DNA of 64,000 nucleotides, taken from Zancudomyces culisetae HAW-14-8 (Eukaryota; Fungi; Kickxellomycota). A program made the translations under genes and the position numbers. The notes under the pieces were generated by a model. It did not search any database. It was not told where the DNA came from and saw nothing but the letters and a program-made list of their open reading frames with translations. The DNA is taken from assembly GCA_052426225.1 (NCBI GenBank), contig JBNJNM010000013.1, forward strand, positions 1,240,001-1,304,000. The letters are read 5' to 3'. Below, in pieces: positions 1 to 13,000 of this stretch (position 1 is the first letter of the stretch; each line of letters begins with the position of its first letter).

Positions 1-454
1 CCTGTCTTCTACGCATTCTATTGAATGCTTCGTTTGTTGTGGTAAAAAGGTTTGGCGGTAGTAGCCCAAACTTTTCATACTCCATCGATTTGGGATGTTT
101 GTATGTGGCTAAAATCTGCTTGGCATCAGACATAGTTGTGATGGAAACAAATTTTGGCCCCAACCTGACTGTTGGTCCATATTTCTTGTGATATTCTGCC
201 AACGCAAAGTAGATTTTTCCTTGTGCAACCTTTAAGTTAAATGGAAGATTTGTGAATCTAGCCCACCATGGACCTGGAATGTGTTTTAGTGGATCAAAAA
301 GAAACGCAACAAGTACTTTCAAAGCGATGTATGTGGCCAACACACTAGCTATTATACGCCTGTCGGAAAAATACTCTACCAACTTTTGATAGTCGATACT
401 TTTGAGTAGCTGGAGTATTTGACTCCCTTCAACCATTTTACTCAAACTCGGCAT
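1..454 (-). CDS. Cytochrome P450, 5' part (runs off window edge); inverted paralog of 23135..24742
   Basis: Reverse complement reads ATG(454) MPSLSKMVEGSQILQLLKSIDYQKLVEYFSDRR...DPLKHIPGPWWARFTNLPF...NEAFNRMRRRQ, nearly identical to the P450 N-terminus at 23135. Absent from the ORF track because no stop lies in the window. Confidence 0.93.
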   Translation of the reverse strand, partial: MPSLSKMVEGSQILQLLKSIDYQKLVEYFSDRRIIASVLATYIALKVLVAFLFDPLKHIPGPWWARFTNLPFNLKVAQGKIYFALAEYHKKYGPTVRLGPKFVSITTMSDAKQILATYKHPKSMEYEKFGLLPPNLFTTTNEAFNRMRRRQ

Positions 455-3360
455 ATTCAGTTTTTCCCCTATTCTATCTCCCTTTCAGTATTTATTAATG
501 AGTTGGTAAGTTTATTCAAATGTTTTCTCTATCTTTCAATTAAAACTAAGTTTTCGGGTTAGAATGTATTTAAAATTTAGCCAAAAACAATGTTGTGATA
601 GAGACTTTTTCAAAAGTAAAAGATGGATGAGATGGGACCCTTTACATTTATAGCTGTGTAAAGACAAGTATACAATCATCGTTTTAGGCTTTGGTGCCTA
701 AACATAACAATATTCACGTGGATATTCCCGACGAGGGAAAAATGTCGGAGTTATTTTCTAATTTCCGTCATATGTTTCACTTTTTTGCTTTATAGTGCTT
801 TGAAAAATATCAGGGGATGAAGTTGTCAACGTGACCATACTTTTTCATATGTTTCTGCTCTGTACTACTCAGAAAATGGTAACAATTCAATGTTTTTTCA
901 AATTTGAAATGCTTGGAATCAGAGAAAATATTAGTGCATAACAAGTGAAGAACAAAACAAACACAAAAGCTAGAGCAGGTGAAGTAGTAAAAGACAGGTC
1001 AGAGTGTAGTAAAAGCAACTCTAATAACCTAGGCGATATTAGAGTCAAGATGGTGATTAGGGGATGCTCAATATTTCCTCCACAACTGCCATCACTATTA
1101 GGCTTTTATCGTTGTAGGTGTTTCATCAGGCATGTGATTTAACTATTTCATTACGCTACTACTCAAGCCAGCAAAAACCAAGCTTGGATTGCGTTATTTC
1201 AACCTGATTTTACTCTTTCAGTTCAGTTATAGATGCAACGCTCATAGGCAGTTTTTTTTCGCTAGAAATGAGCACACAATTCTCAGTTCGATTTCTTGCT
1301 CCAAAAATGAGTAGTCAATCCCCATATCCTGCCGATCTTTTCCAGCGTCTCATCTACCGCTCCCTTCGTTCCGTCAACACTACTCATGCTTGCTAGCTAG
1401 CAAAGCAGACATGCTTGGCCTGCTTGCGTGGCCAGATGTACACACATTTCGAATTTCTTACTCGGCCATTCAACAAATGCATATCAAGGTGATGAAGATG
1501 TCATAATAGTAAATAAACAAAGTACAATCACAAAATAATTATAAACAATCTTTATTTCAGTATAACAAAATAAAAACTATCTGCTGACTAAAAGTCGCAA
1601 AACAAACAGCACATGGTAAAGGTGACCAATTCCAAATTAAAAAGGCAATCCTCAACTAAAACATAAACACAGCCCATGTCATTTATTGCAAATAAATGTT
1701 GTAGCCCATAAAGATATCACAGTCTTAATCGCGTTAGATAATCCGTCCAAGGATACACCCGTCTAAGTAGCTGCATGATTACTTGGATCTGGATCTCATC
1801 TTTCTTCTCTTACGCTTGAGTCTTCTGACTCTCTTCTTTTTCCATTTGTCTCTCATTTTCGGTTAATTCCTTTGTTTTCGAAAGAGCCCTAATTAAATAT
1901 AAGATATACACCGGGTTAGATTTTGAATCCTTAAAAATACAGTCTGAATTAGCATACTTCCACACCGAATCCGAAAAACATCGAATCGAAATCAATATTA
2001 AATAAATTGCTTTTACTTGCCTTTAGGATACAATTTCAAAAAGTACTGAAAAGAAAGGATTCGATTTAATTTTGTTTTTATATTCAATCTTTTTTTTATT
2101 CTATAAATTAAAATTTTTTTCCTTCTCTGCGGCCTCTCAATCTACGATATAAAACTCGGACTAATTATTTTACTCGATGATGATTGGAAAGAAAAGTCTC
2201 AATAAAAACCCAGAAAATCCAACCAGACTTTTTCTGTTTATTTTTCACGCAATCCAACTGATGTGTTTGAGTGAACAAAAGCTCGCTATTACGAGAAAAT
2301 GAAAGGCTGAACCAACACATCTGCTAACCAACAGCCACTTTCTGTTTATTTTAAAAAAAGGATCTTCAGGCAACTAGAATGGACTGTCTCCATTACTTTT
2401 TTTTTCATGCAACCCTTTTTGTTTTGGATAAAGTGGTCAATTTCCAAGACACCACGTGGTAACTAAACCATCAATTTTTATGACTAATGCTGAGGAATAG
2501 TAGTAGACTAAAAGAGCAGCTCCGTTTTGGCATTTCAGATACTACCAACATACAAATGGTGTTTGGTTGTGCATATATACACTAGTTTTAATTGTTTGCA
2601 ATAACATTTATCTGCGTAGATATAATTTCTTGATAAAGACAAGCGTCGTATGTACACTGTACCTGTTCTTTTTAATTTTGAGAATGGCAAATAAATGCGT
2701 GCAGGCAGACCGAAAAGGTGCAGCATTTCTTCAAAGTTCTTTCGCTTCATATCTTTACAATAAAAAAAAGCTCTGTAAGCATACAAGTACTGGCTTCCAA
2801 ATTGAATTACTAGAGCTGGTAAAATGTGCTGTTGCATCGAAAAAAAGAGGTACAACCATACCACTTTAGAAAAAATTTATCATTACAGGAGTGCTTATAA
2901 AATATCATGTTGAAATACTAGTGTTTCATTATTCTCTTTCTATAGATATTTCTACTACAAAACAAAAAAAATGGTGTTCAAAGCCAAAGCCAAAGCCAAC
3001 TTCTGATTTCAGAATCAGGCCACTTACTCTGTTGATTTTTGATAAAAAAAATTTTCAAAAAAAATTCGCCAATTAAACCGATAATGGGTCTGCACATTCT
3101 AAATCATCCTATGCTAAAGGCAAGTGAGCGAGTCTTGTGTTGGTGTGAATGCAAATCAATGAGCGCATTTTTCAGAAGCTGATAAAGGGAAGTGGGCTAA
3201 ATTAAAGTTTTGCTTGAAAAAAATGCATGGGTTGAGTGGATTGAAATAACCAAAAAAATCCTTAGATAGTCACAATATATCACTTGAACTTTGTGACAAA
3301 AAAAGATACAAACAGTAGGCATTAATGAAATTGGAATGGGAAGGGGCAGGACCAAATTAG

Positions 3361-5307
3361 ATGATGAATCTAGAGAAAGAAGCAACTAAGGCGAATCCCC
3401 AAAATATATTTCGAATTAATGATAGGTATGGATTCAAGACTGCAGTGCTGGTTTTTGCGGTAGAGCAGAAAAATCTGCTATTTAATAGAGTGCGGACTGC
3501 TTTACCGAAAAATCTGCCGATCTTTCCAATAACATTTTTCGTAGTATGGGGAAAATCAATCTCCCTAATTGTTTCCAATTCACCACAGCAGAAAGAGAGT
3601 AAGGAAAACAGAACCATAAATTTGGATAATAGGAATTATGCGTTGAGGGAAATATTCAAAGCAAAGATCAAGAAAAAAAACGAAAGAAGAAATGCAGAGA
3701 CAAGGGCCAGAAATCTGACAGAACAACGATTTTACTCGAGCTTTAGTATTACAAGGCAACAAAATTACCAGGAACAGGAACGAGAACAGGAACAGGAACA
3801 GGAACAGGAACAAGCAAAGGAAAAAGAGACGGAACGAAAACAATCATCACAAACAGCAAGCATCAGGACACGAGAAGGTAAAATTGGCAAAATGGATGCC
3901 TATCTTTATCAACACAAAGATCAGGGAGCCTTCCAGCAGATGCAACGGACGATCAACGACATTTTGAAAAGAGGAGATTCCAGGCTGCTTATCGAAATTT
4001 GTCACAAGATAAAGGATCAGAATGGATTCCTATTGGATCCTAGAATTTTTGAATTAATCTTAGTAAGTTTAAGAGTTTTCTTCTTAAATGATTTGTCGAT
4101 AAGCATATGGAATCACCAAAGGCGACAAGAGAATTACCGATCCACAGTTAGAATTGAAAGAGAAATAATCCGTGCGTACATTAAGGTTAACAAGATTAAA
4201 GAGGCGATTAAGGAGTTTTCAATAGCTAAAAGACTGTTTGGGGATAACGTAGAAGATCTATACTCTTTGACTGCGTGTATGACAACATGTTTAATTAAAG
4301 CTAAATGTACTGATTTGGCACAAATGATTGCAGAGGACTACTTCGAAAATTTGACTATAAAGAAAGGCAGCAAAGAAATAGATTTAAAAAAGTTAAGTGT
4401 TTTTGTAAAATGGGTCATGGAGAAAAAGAACGTCTCTTACGCTGAATACTTGGTAAATTTTATGGAAAACAGACTGAAACTTCAGCCAGAGTTCCATCCT
4501 TACGTATATATCGTTAAGTATTATGCACAGGCGGGAGATTTTGGAATGTTGAATAAGAAGTTGCATGAAATGAAAACGAAAAGCGTGCGTATTAATGAAA
4601 TAATTGCAAGTTCTATTTTACACGGGATTGGGCATTGCAGGGATGATACCTCTTTCCATTTGTTTCTTATGTTTATTATCGACAACAAGAAGCACATACA
4701 GCTAGATATGCCCCTGGTAAAATGTATATTTGACTGTGCACGACGAATTGGACACATAGACTATGCATTAAAATGGTACCGAGCTCTCCGAAAAATCACA
4801 TTTTCCGACTTTGACTATGAAAAACACTTAAAATACGAACCTCCTACGTTTTTGTTGGATGAAAAGCGCCTCATAATGGCTATCCATGAGAACGACTCCG
4901 AGTCAATTGTCACTAACACAAACCCCAAGGATTCCAAACTCCCTGATCCCGAAATATTTCTAACTCAGTTTCAGAGACGTGGTGATATTGGACTAACCCC
5001 TCATTTCCCCGCCTTCATTGCTCGAACCATTTCTACTTTTTATCATCTCTGCGATCAAAAATCCATTCAACCCTTGCTTTCAGATGTTTGGAGCGAACTT
5101 GTACATTTACAAAATCTATTCCCCTCTTTTAGGGTTGACAACTCCTACTACTTTATTTACTGCATCTCCCTTTCTGACTTGAATGCATTGCATTTACACT
5201 TTAATTCTGTTGTCGAGCTGATGAACTGTCACTCTGTCTTCTTTACTGGTCGTCAGAAAAAGGCTCTCTACAAACGTTTGAAAAGACAACAACAGGAACA
5301 GCAGTAA
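3361..5307 (+). CDS. Pentatricopeptide-repeat (PPR)-like helical repeat protein, probably mitochondrial RNA-binding
   Basis: 648-aa intronless ORF with PPR-like motifs (IEREIIRAYIKVNKIKEAIKEF; PYVYIVKYYAQAGDFGMLNKKLHEMKTKSVRIN; CIFDCARRIGHIDYALKWYRAL). True start codon uncertain. Confidence 0.7.
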   Translation: MMNLEKEATKANPQNIFRINDRYGFKTAVLVFAVEQKNLLFNRVRTALPKNLPIFPITFFVVWGKSISLIVSNSPQQKESKENRTINLDNRNYALREIFKAKIKKKNERRNAETRARNLTEQRFYSSFSITRQQNYQEQEREQEQEQEQEQAKEKETERKQSSQTASIRTREGKIGKMDAYLYQHKDQGAFQQMQRTINDILKRGDSRLLIEICHKIKDQNGFLLDPRIFELILVSLRVFFLNDLSISIWNHQRRQENYRSTVRIEREIIRAYIKVNKIKEAIKEFSIAKRLFGDNVEDLYSLTACMTTCLIKAKCTDLAQMIAEDYFENLTIKKGSKEIDLKKLSVFVKWVMEKKNVSYAEYLVNFMENRLKLQPEFHPYVYIVKYYAQAGDFGMLNKKLHEMKTKSVRINEIIASSILHGIGHCRDDTSFHLFLMFIIDNKKHIQLDMPLVKCIFDCARRIGHIDYALKWYRALRKITFSDFDYEKHLKYEPPTFLLDEKRLIMAIHENDSESIVTNTNPKDSKLPDPEIFLTQFQRRGDIGLTPHFPAFIARTISTFYHLCDQKSIQPLLSDVWSELVHLQNLFPSFRVDNSYYFIYCISLSDLNALHLHFNSVVELMNCHSVFFTGRQKKALYKRLKRQQQEQQ

Positions 5308-5644
5308 TATACATTGTTAAAACGGGTTATGCATCTACATTTTCCATTTCTATTTCCATATCCATCTCTCTTTCATCTCGTATTATATTTTTATTTTGTT
5401 TTCGTCTATATTTATATCTATTTGTTGCCTCAAACTAGAAATCAAAGCTTGTACACTAATAAAAAAGGAAAACTCAAAACAACAACTCTAATGCTAAGCA
5501 GGTATGGGCCCTACACGAACTCACTGCTCACCCACTACCTCCCCCTCCCCCTTCCCCCACAGCATTATATACTTTTGTGTGAATTCATTTTTGAAATATC
5601 TACATACATCTATTGGGCATGTCACTTAATTTGTAGCCCTAGAT

Positions 5645-6019
5645 CTATTTGGTCTCATCCAAACTGCTTTCTTTTTCAATCTTTTCATCGAGTACCTCTT
5701 GTTCTTGTAGCTCCTGATTATCTTCCTTCTGTTGGTCTTCATCAGATTCTTCATCATTGAGTTGAGAAGAATACTCTTCAGGGTGTGCCCTGAAGCAATC
5801 CTGCATAGCCTGAAATGCATCTATACATTCCATACCCTTTGGCTCACCAGTTGAGTATACAAAGCATGAGAATGCTGCCTTAAACTCTTCACCGCAGGTT
5901 CCGTGCGCCATACCCCCCAGGCACGGGCAATCCCAATTGATTTCGCCAGTTTCTTCATTAAAAGCCGAGACTTCCTCCTGCTCTCTGCTTTCGTTTGTAG
6001 CTGACATCTCAATTTCCAT
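5645..6019 (-). CDS. MIA40: Mitochondrial intermembrane-space oxidoreductase Mia40 (CHCHD4), short form
   Basis: [38 protein letters not shown]...[20 protein letters not shown] gives the CPC motif plus twin CX9C. First ATG is at 6019; the track's 6028 start is a TTG. Confidence 0.95.
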   Translation of the reverse strand: MEIEMSATNESREQEEVSAFNEETGEINWDCPCLGGMAHGTCGEEFKAAFSCFVYSTGEPKGMECIDAFQAMQDCFRAHPEEYSSQLNDEESDEDQQKEDNQELQEQEVLDEKIEKESSLDETK

Positions 6020-6428
6020 CGTATGCAAATGATGATATTGTTATATTTTTTCCTTCTGGTGTCTTGAACACTCTTGTTTCACGCAAAAAAAAAAGCCTAG
6101 TAAAACAGTTCAAAGCTAGAAACAGCTTGTTTTATCTTATTTTTCTCTCCTACCAAAGTATGAATGTATAGGAAAAAAGCCAAGTTGACAATGATTACTA
6201 ATCTACTTTGATTTGAAGCCAAACTTTTTGATCTCTGGGCTTTTCAGAGCATGAGTTAAAAAAATTTTTTCCTTTTATTTCTTTGCGGGTTTTTTTTCTA
6301 GATTTTTCTTGAGTAATCTCTGAAATTTAGCCAATAGGAAAGAAGGGAATAAACTGAAGGAATTGACACAAAGAGTCTAAAGCTCAAAATAGTATATTGA
6401 AAACCCAAAAACACTAACGAAAAGCAAA

Positions 6429-7763
6429 CTAGGGTGACCACAACACGTTCAATGGATTTATGGACCCAATCTTAATCATTTTGCTCTCATCCCAGCTACC
6501 CAACTTCTTTGTGGCATAAGCAAGGGCCATCATTCTGGCTTCTGCTATATCCATCAGGGAATTGTGCTCTCTTCCATCCAAGCTTTTATACTTGACAAAC
6601 ATCGTCTCATCGATTGCTGAATCATCCGCGTCTGTTGGTTCAACAACCACAGCAAAATCCTCGATAAACTTATTAGAGTTTTCCAATAGACCCAACTCAA
6701 CACCCCGCTTAGTAGCGAGCTCCAAAACCATGTCGCTATCCCTAACCATTTTTTTCAACGCATGCGGAACTCTTCGGTTTTCTAGTTCCTCAGTATTCTC
6801 TTTGTTTTCTTCCTTAAGATCAATAACCGTCTGCATCCTTGCCCTCCAATACCATGCTTCTGCTAAATCAATTTCCCTTTGCAACACTGAGTCTTGAATC
6901 GTATGCGTACTTTCTGTGGACAGGTACGAGTTAATAAATTTGTCTATTGTGCGGTAATCGCCTGGAAGTATTCCTGTGCTCTGAAATAGTTTTGTTCGGT
7001 TAAAACTAGAGTAGTATGGAGGTATCTCGTCCATTTTCCCCAGCAGCCAAGCAAATACACCTATTTATTTACCATTATTTTTTACAGCTCCGTTCCAAAT
7101 TTTGTTTACAGTTCTTATCTTGAAATATTTCCAAAAAAGGCCTAAATACACGGCCAACAAAGTATTAGTATTAATACCTAGCGATTCCCAGTGTTTTCCA
7201 TAGTCGAAATCATCATATTCCCACGCACCAAAATCCTTTTTCAACATATCCCTTTCCTATTTTTCCATTTATTTTCATAAATTTGTTATTTTGTTGTAGC
7301 ATATAACAACATTGAAGGTAACATATAATTGAAGGTTTAGTAATACCTTTTCTGTAAAAGAATCGTTTAAGCCACCATTGAGGGCTGTTTCGGATATCTT
7401 TTGAACCGCTATACCTCGCCTTTCTGCATCTACAATAATATTACAATGTTGATTTTTATTTTTCTACTCCAAGTTGGCATAGTTTACTATATCGCACCCC
7501 CTCCCTTTTTGACCATTCTACTTTAACATATACGCAATAGTTATTAAATAAAATTTATTACCATTAATCGTTCCACCCGTTTTCTTGATATCAATCTTAC
7601 TTGCCGTTTCCAACCCCCATCTTGCCAATACTAACTGCAGGCAACTTGCTCTAAGTGCAAGCTCAAAGTCTGGTATCAAATTATGATTGGAGACTGTGTA
7701 CCTTCTGGATAATACACTGCCAAATTTTGCTAAGCGAGCTATCCCGACAAATCTGGTGAGCAT
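6429..7763 (-). CDS. DUF4272-like protein with predicted mitochondrial presequence, 4 exons, 318 aa
   Basis: Exons 7763-7601, 7429-7347, 7256-7178, 7060-6429, all GT-AG and phase-consistent. Motifs ELALRASCLQLVLAR, FTEKERDML, HWESLGVFAWLLG, EIDLAEAWYWRAR, IAEARMMALAY..WDE resemble bacterial DUF4272 as I recall it. Gene model is solid; family call is moderate. Confidence 0.7.
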
Positions 7764-10085
7764 TATTTTTTGTCTGTTTTGTATTAGTTTAAACTTATCT
7801 ATTTCTTTAACTTGGGTGTATTTATTTTTTCTAAATACCAACGTTTTTTTTTCAATGCGCGCTTGTTTAATTTCAAGGTAAAAAGCGAATCAAGATAAAA
7901 TTTTGATTGGGCAAAGCCATCAAATGATGCTATTGAACCATATGGCTGGATTGAGGCTCCACCAACAATGATGATGATCGGTGTGCTTTGGACCGAAAAA
8001 ACCAGCAAATGTAGTGTGTTTCCTGAACATAGCGGATCATATCCTTGGGATTTATCTCGACACAAGGATAGTGTACACTTTTAAGTGAAGGCCATACTAC
8101 AAATGAAAATTTTGGAAAAGCACTTTCATATACATATGTAGCCATGTCACATTTTCTTCAAAGCTGTGGATCACATCCTTGCAGTTCAATCAAAAAATTT
8201 AGATAATTGCTTTTGAGGTTTTTGAGATTACTTGTACGTGAGAACCATTATTTTAGTACGATGTGTTGATACAAGCGTAATAGTTTTAAGAATATGAAAA
8301 GTTGGTTGTAAGGTACGCGATCATGAGAGTTGAAAACGCACTTCTTATTTTTTCAAATACTTTCTGCATGGAAAAATGACAGTTTAAAGTAAAATACTGA
8401 TTAATAATACCAACTATGGACAGATACCACAACAAGCGATGTTAAGCCCGGCTATTATACGCGTATGTAGCTTGTTTCATAGTTTTCAGCTTTCTTCTTT
8501 TTGGAATAAAGAGAACAACATTCCTTTCATTGATACAGAGCTACCAGCACAATGATTCGGTTATTTGTTATATCTTGTGTGGCACCACTTAAAGATTGTC
8601 TTGTTTCAATATTAGTCCAGCCCTCCTTTTTTTTTGCATGACAAGGTTTGCTCATAGCTGCGGTGAAATGCTGTCACCAAAATACCCGTATATTTAGTGC
8701 ATCTCTTTTTTTTTCACGATAACGCGTGTACATTCATTTTACCATATATCCTTCAGCTTTCACGTAAATAAAATACTCAATGTTAACATGACACACTGTA
8801 TTATTTTTCCTTTTTAGTAGTTTGTTCAGTTTACTTCAAACAAAACTCTTTTGTAGCTATCAGCCTTTGAGTGTTTGATTGCACAGTTGCATTATACTTG
8901 CAACGTTAAACTTTGGAAAAAATGTTTAATTAAAACAGAATACCTGTGCTTAGCTTTAATGGTTTGATAAAAATCATACTCCTCAGAAATACTTTACTAT
9001 TAAATTATGGCCATTGAAGCTATTGTTTTTCATTCTGTCTTTTGTCTAAAAGAGCGAATAACATAGCACAATCTGAATTCATGACAAAGAGCCAATAATG
9101 GCTTTATTACATGACATCTCAAACAAAAACACCTAAAATAAATGCTTTTTACTAGCTTGTTGCCCCGGTACTAATACTAGTTTTATATGCGTATATTATT
9201 TCGCGTGGTTTATTTCCCTATAACAAAATTCTCAATTGCAATATTAATGGGTCAAATGTATCTATTTTGATAGCATACATATTTTTCTCTTAGTTAAGCA
9301 TTCAACGTTTATTGTTAACTGCGGCCTAGGAGGAAAAAATAAAATTATAAGCGAAACAAAAACAAATTTTGGGTCGTATTGTTCATAAGGCTCTGAAAAT
9401 ATTCTTTTTGGCCTAAACGTTTTAAACAATAGAAAAAAAAATAGACATTTAGTACCCGCTTAAGGTCAGTTTGAGTATCAATGATTCCTCCCTAAGGCAT
9501 TTGTAGCTGTGCTGATAAACTACTGAACGACTAGATTCTAGAAAAAGATGATATATTTTTTGGTTTAGTATCAATAATTTCATCAACCTAGTTTTGGTTT
9601 GATGGTAGGTCCAATAAATGTAAAACTTTTTGTTTTATTGGTACACAGTCTTTTCTTTGCTCTATTCTGCTGAAAAGTAACACTAGAAACAATATTATCC
9701 CTCCTGCCCTCCTCCATCAAATGCAACTGTTTTTTACTTAAACAAATATCAAGTAAAATAGGGTTCCCCTTTGTAAACCGCATATGTAAATACATCAGAA
9801 GTTTATTTTCAAACTTTCAAATTTTCGAAATATGCATTTATAATTTATATTCTTAATTTATTGAAGGGTTTCCAAGAAACTGAGGAATATCCTTAAACAG
9901 TTTATTATAATTGATACTATTGCAATTGATATTTTCTGTAACTTTATCATAAAATAACTGATATTTATCATAAAAAATTACAATATATTACGAAAGCCTG
10001 TGGTTGTTTACATTCGCATTCCCCACCCCCGATACAACGGTTTGTTTGATATACATAGGAGTTCGCGAAGAACATATAGATCATA

Positions 10086-13000
10086 ATGTGTCCAGGAGCT
10101 TTCGAAAACATAATTAGCCATACTAACGAATCTGTTGCAGAAGAAATACCCGAAGACTCGCTATACGGTAGTTGCGACAACCTGACCTCAAGTGTTATAT
10201 CAAGCAATAAAAGCTTATTTATTCTTTCCGAAAAGCCACAGCCAAACCTATACTATGTAAAATCACCCTTTCAGCATGGAAAGTCAACACACGAGTTCCA
10301 AAAGTTTTCTTTTGGGAAAAGACTATTGAAAATGAAAAAAGCGGCTAAAATAAAAGACAGGAGGTTTGGTAGTGATATCATACAACACAAAAAGTTTACA
10401 GTAAATACATCTCTGACTGGAAAAGAGGATAGTAGCCCCCTGCTTATAGACAATAGCTTGGTTATGTCAATCTTACCGACCACCGAAAAGAAAAGTGTTT
10501 CTAAAAGCAAGCTTCCAATTAAAAGCATAGGAACTCCATATGCCTTTAAGCACGAACTACATGTTGTTTTTGATAAAAAAGACAACTTGTTGAAGGTAGG
10601 TTGTACTTTTAAAATTTTAAATACTAGCTATATAATGTATAGTATAAAAGAGCATTGGTTAGAATATTTGTATAAATGCGCAACCTATCCCCTTTCATAG
10701 GCAAATAACCTGACACTAGGACATAACCTTCAGCGTATGCATTTGGCTTCTAAAGGTAATTGAGTTAAACCTCATGTTTAATAACTTTGTAATACATAAT
10801 ACATTAAATTGTTTCGCCACAGCCATGGCTATATATTTTGTAAAAAAAATAAAAATTGCACAGAAAGCTGGATATCAAGCTGAAATGTTGTGGTTAATAC
10901 AATATTTAGGCACAACGAGTGCAGATAACCTTGTCATTGAAAAGAGCCTTGATAGGCGCTTAGATGAAGTTGAAGAAAAAAGTATTAACGATGAGAGGTG
11001 CGCAGAAGATCCTGAGGAAACTATGACCGAGTCGGCACGTATTTACTCTCCAACTGAAGAAGGATCCGACGATCCGGAAATAACAGGTCAAGAACACGAG
11101 CTAAAAAAGCTGTATGATGAAGATAGTACATGTGTATTGTATGACAGTAAAAATGACTCCACTCTTACAAAAGTTGATACTACTGTAAGTATTTATATTC
11201 AGAAATATCTTTACTAATTTTCATTATAAAGAGAGCAATAGGTTTAAATAGGAGTATATAATTTATATCACTCTTTTAAAAAGGCCAAAAAATATGACTT
11301 GGGTTGTACATAATATTGTAAAATCATAACAGTAAGAAAGGCTAGAAAAGTATAGATAGAAAGAGAAAGCTCACAAAAGGCTATAATTTTATCCAAATAG
11401 AGCAAGAAAACATCGACAGGAGTATTCAGAATCAGTACAGTGGTAGATATGGATAATTCTCTGTCAGAGATCGCCGAAAAATTGTTAATAGATAACAAAG
11501 TACCTACAAAATGCAATAAGGAGGAGGAGTATCAAGCTATAAAGGAGATCGAAACACTTGGGTTCTCCGAGGTTCCGTCCTATCACAGCAACGAGACCAC
11601 AAAACATAGCACAACTTTTATTTCGGTCCCACAAGAAATGAGCGCCAATGCACCATATATAATAAATGACAAACAAAGTCCAATCTTGGAAAAATCCAAA
11701 GTAATTGAAAATAACATTATATTTTCTGACTATTCTGATCAAGAATATTCAGGTGGAAAAACCGAAAAAGTCAATGACGAAACTTTTGACACGCAAGAGG
11801 CACATGAAGAGGATTCTGGTAACATCAAAAGTAGTAGCACTACAATCAGACGCTCGTCAACAACAGGTGACATAAATATATTTGGGGACTCGAAAAGTAT
11901 TGTCTCTGAGGCAAGTCTTACAATGACTCCTAGTTTTTTTATTAAGGATGGAGATTTTTTTCAGGGAATTGATACCAATCCACTAGGCAGTGACTGGGGT
12001 AGTTCGATTTCAAAGAAAGAATCAACCGAATTGAGCTATAGAGACCTTATATACACCACCTGTTCACACCCACGTAAGGTTTTATATTCAAGATCTAATA
12101 GGGAAACCACCGAGCACAAGAATATGATAGCATCACATACAAAGCTTCCGGAGGTTTTAGCGCCTAAAAGCAGGAAAATTGATTTTAAGGTTAAAAGGCT
12201 AGAAAGGCTTAGTAAAAATAGCGCCAAAGGAAAATCATTCACTATAAATGAATTGGCATGTAAAAGAAGCACCAAGGAACGCATCATGTTGCGGAGAAAC
12301 CCTGAGCCTGTATTTTGTAGAGCGGCAAGCAATGGGTATTCTGAAGAAACTTATGGAGGATATTATGTATCTGTTGCTCCTGTACCCAGTACTAACAGTG
12401 GTAAGTAAAACTAGAATAAGAAAATTTAAAAGTAAAAAATAAAAAAACCATGCATTTTAAAAACCTGCAAAGATGGTCTTAGCATATATAAAGGTCTTAT
12501 ACATATACATATACATATACATATAAATTCATAATGGTTAACATAAACGTGTAGAAACTCAAGCTGTTCTTGACATAACCCTACCACAGCTCTTGATGGA
12601 TATAAAGAATATCGATATACTGCGGTTTTACTGCAGTGGGCAAACTAGTGGTAACTATGTAGCAATGCTTAAAGCAAATGGGAGTATGGTACGTGCGAGT
12701 GAAAACCATTTTCATTAAGTGTACACAAGCTGTTTACCCTAACACTCTTTTCTTGTTAATATTGGTAGGTAATTCTGAAAAAAGTCTCAAAGGAGAATAA
12801 ACCCAGGTTGGATAGACTCAAAAGAGAGATATCACTTTTACAAACTCTTTCATGTGCCAATTTGATAGCATTTCTGGGTGTAGGCCTTGACACCGAGTGT
12901 ATTTGGGTAATTGTACTTTTTTTCTTCAAGGGTTTCTCTTAGTGATACTATTAACAGGTACTAAAGCTTCAAGAAATATACCAAATAGGTTGCTTCTGAA

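Noticed and set aside
2535-3385. Short ORFs on both strands
   Set aside because: AT-rich composition, no motifs and no consistent splice pattern.
7968-8025. ATGATGA...CTGA with a small hairpin, like a C/D snoRNA
   Set aside because: Only ~55 nt, no terminal stem, no recognisable rRNA guide.
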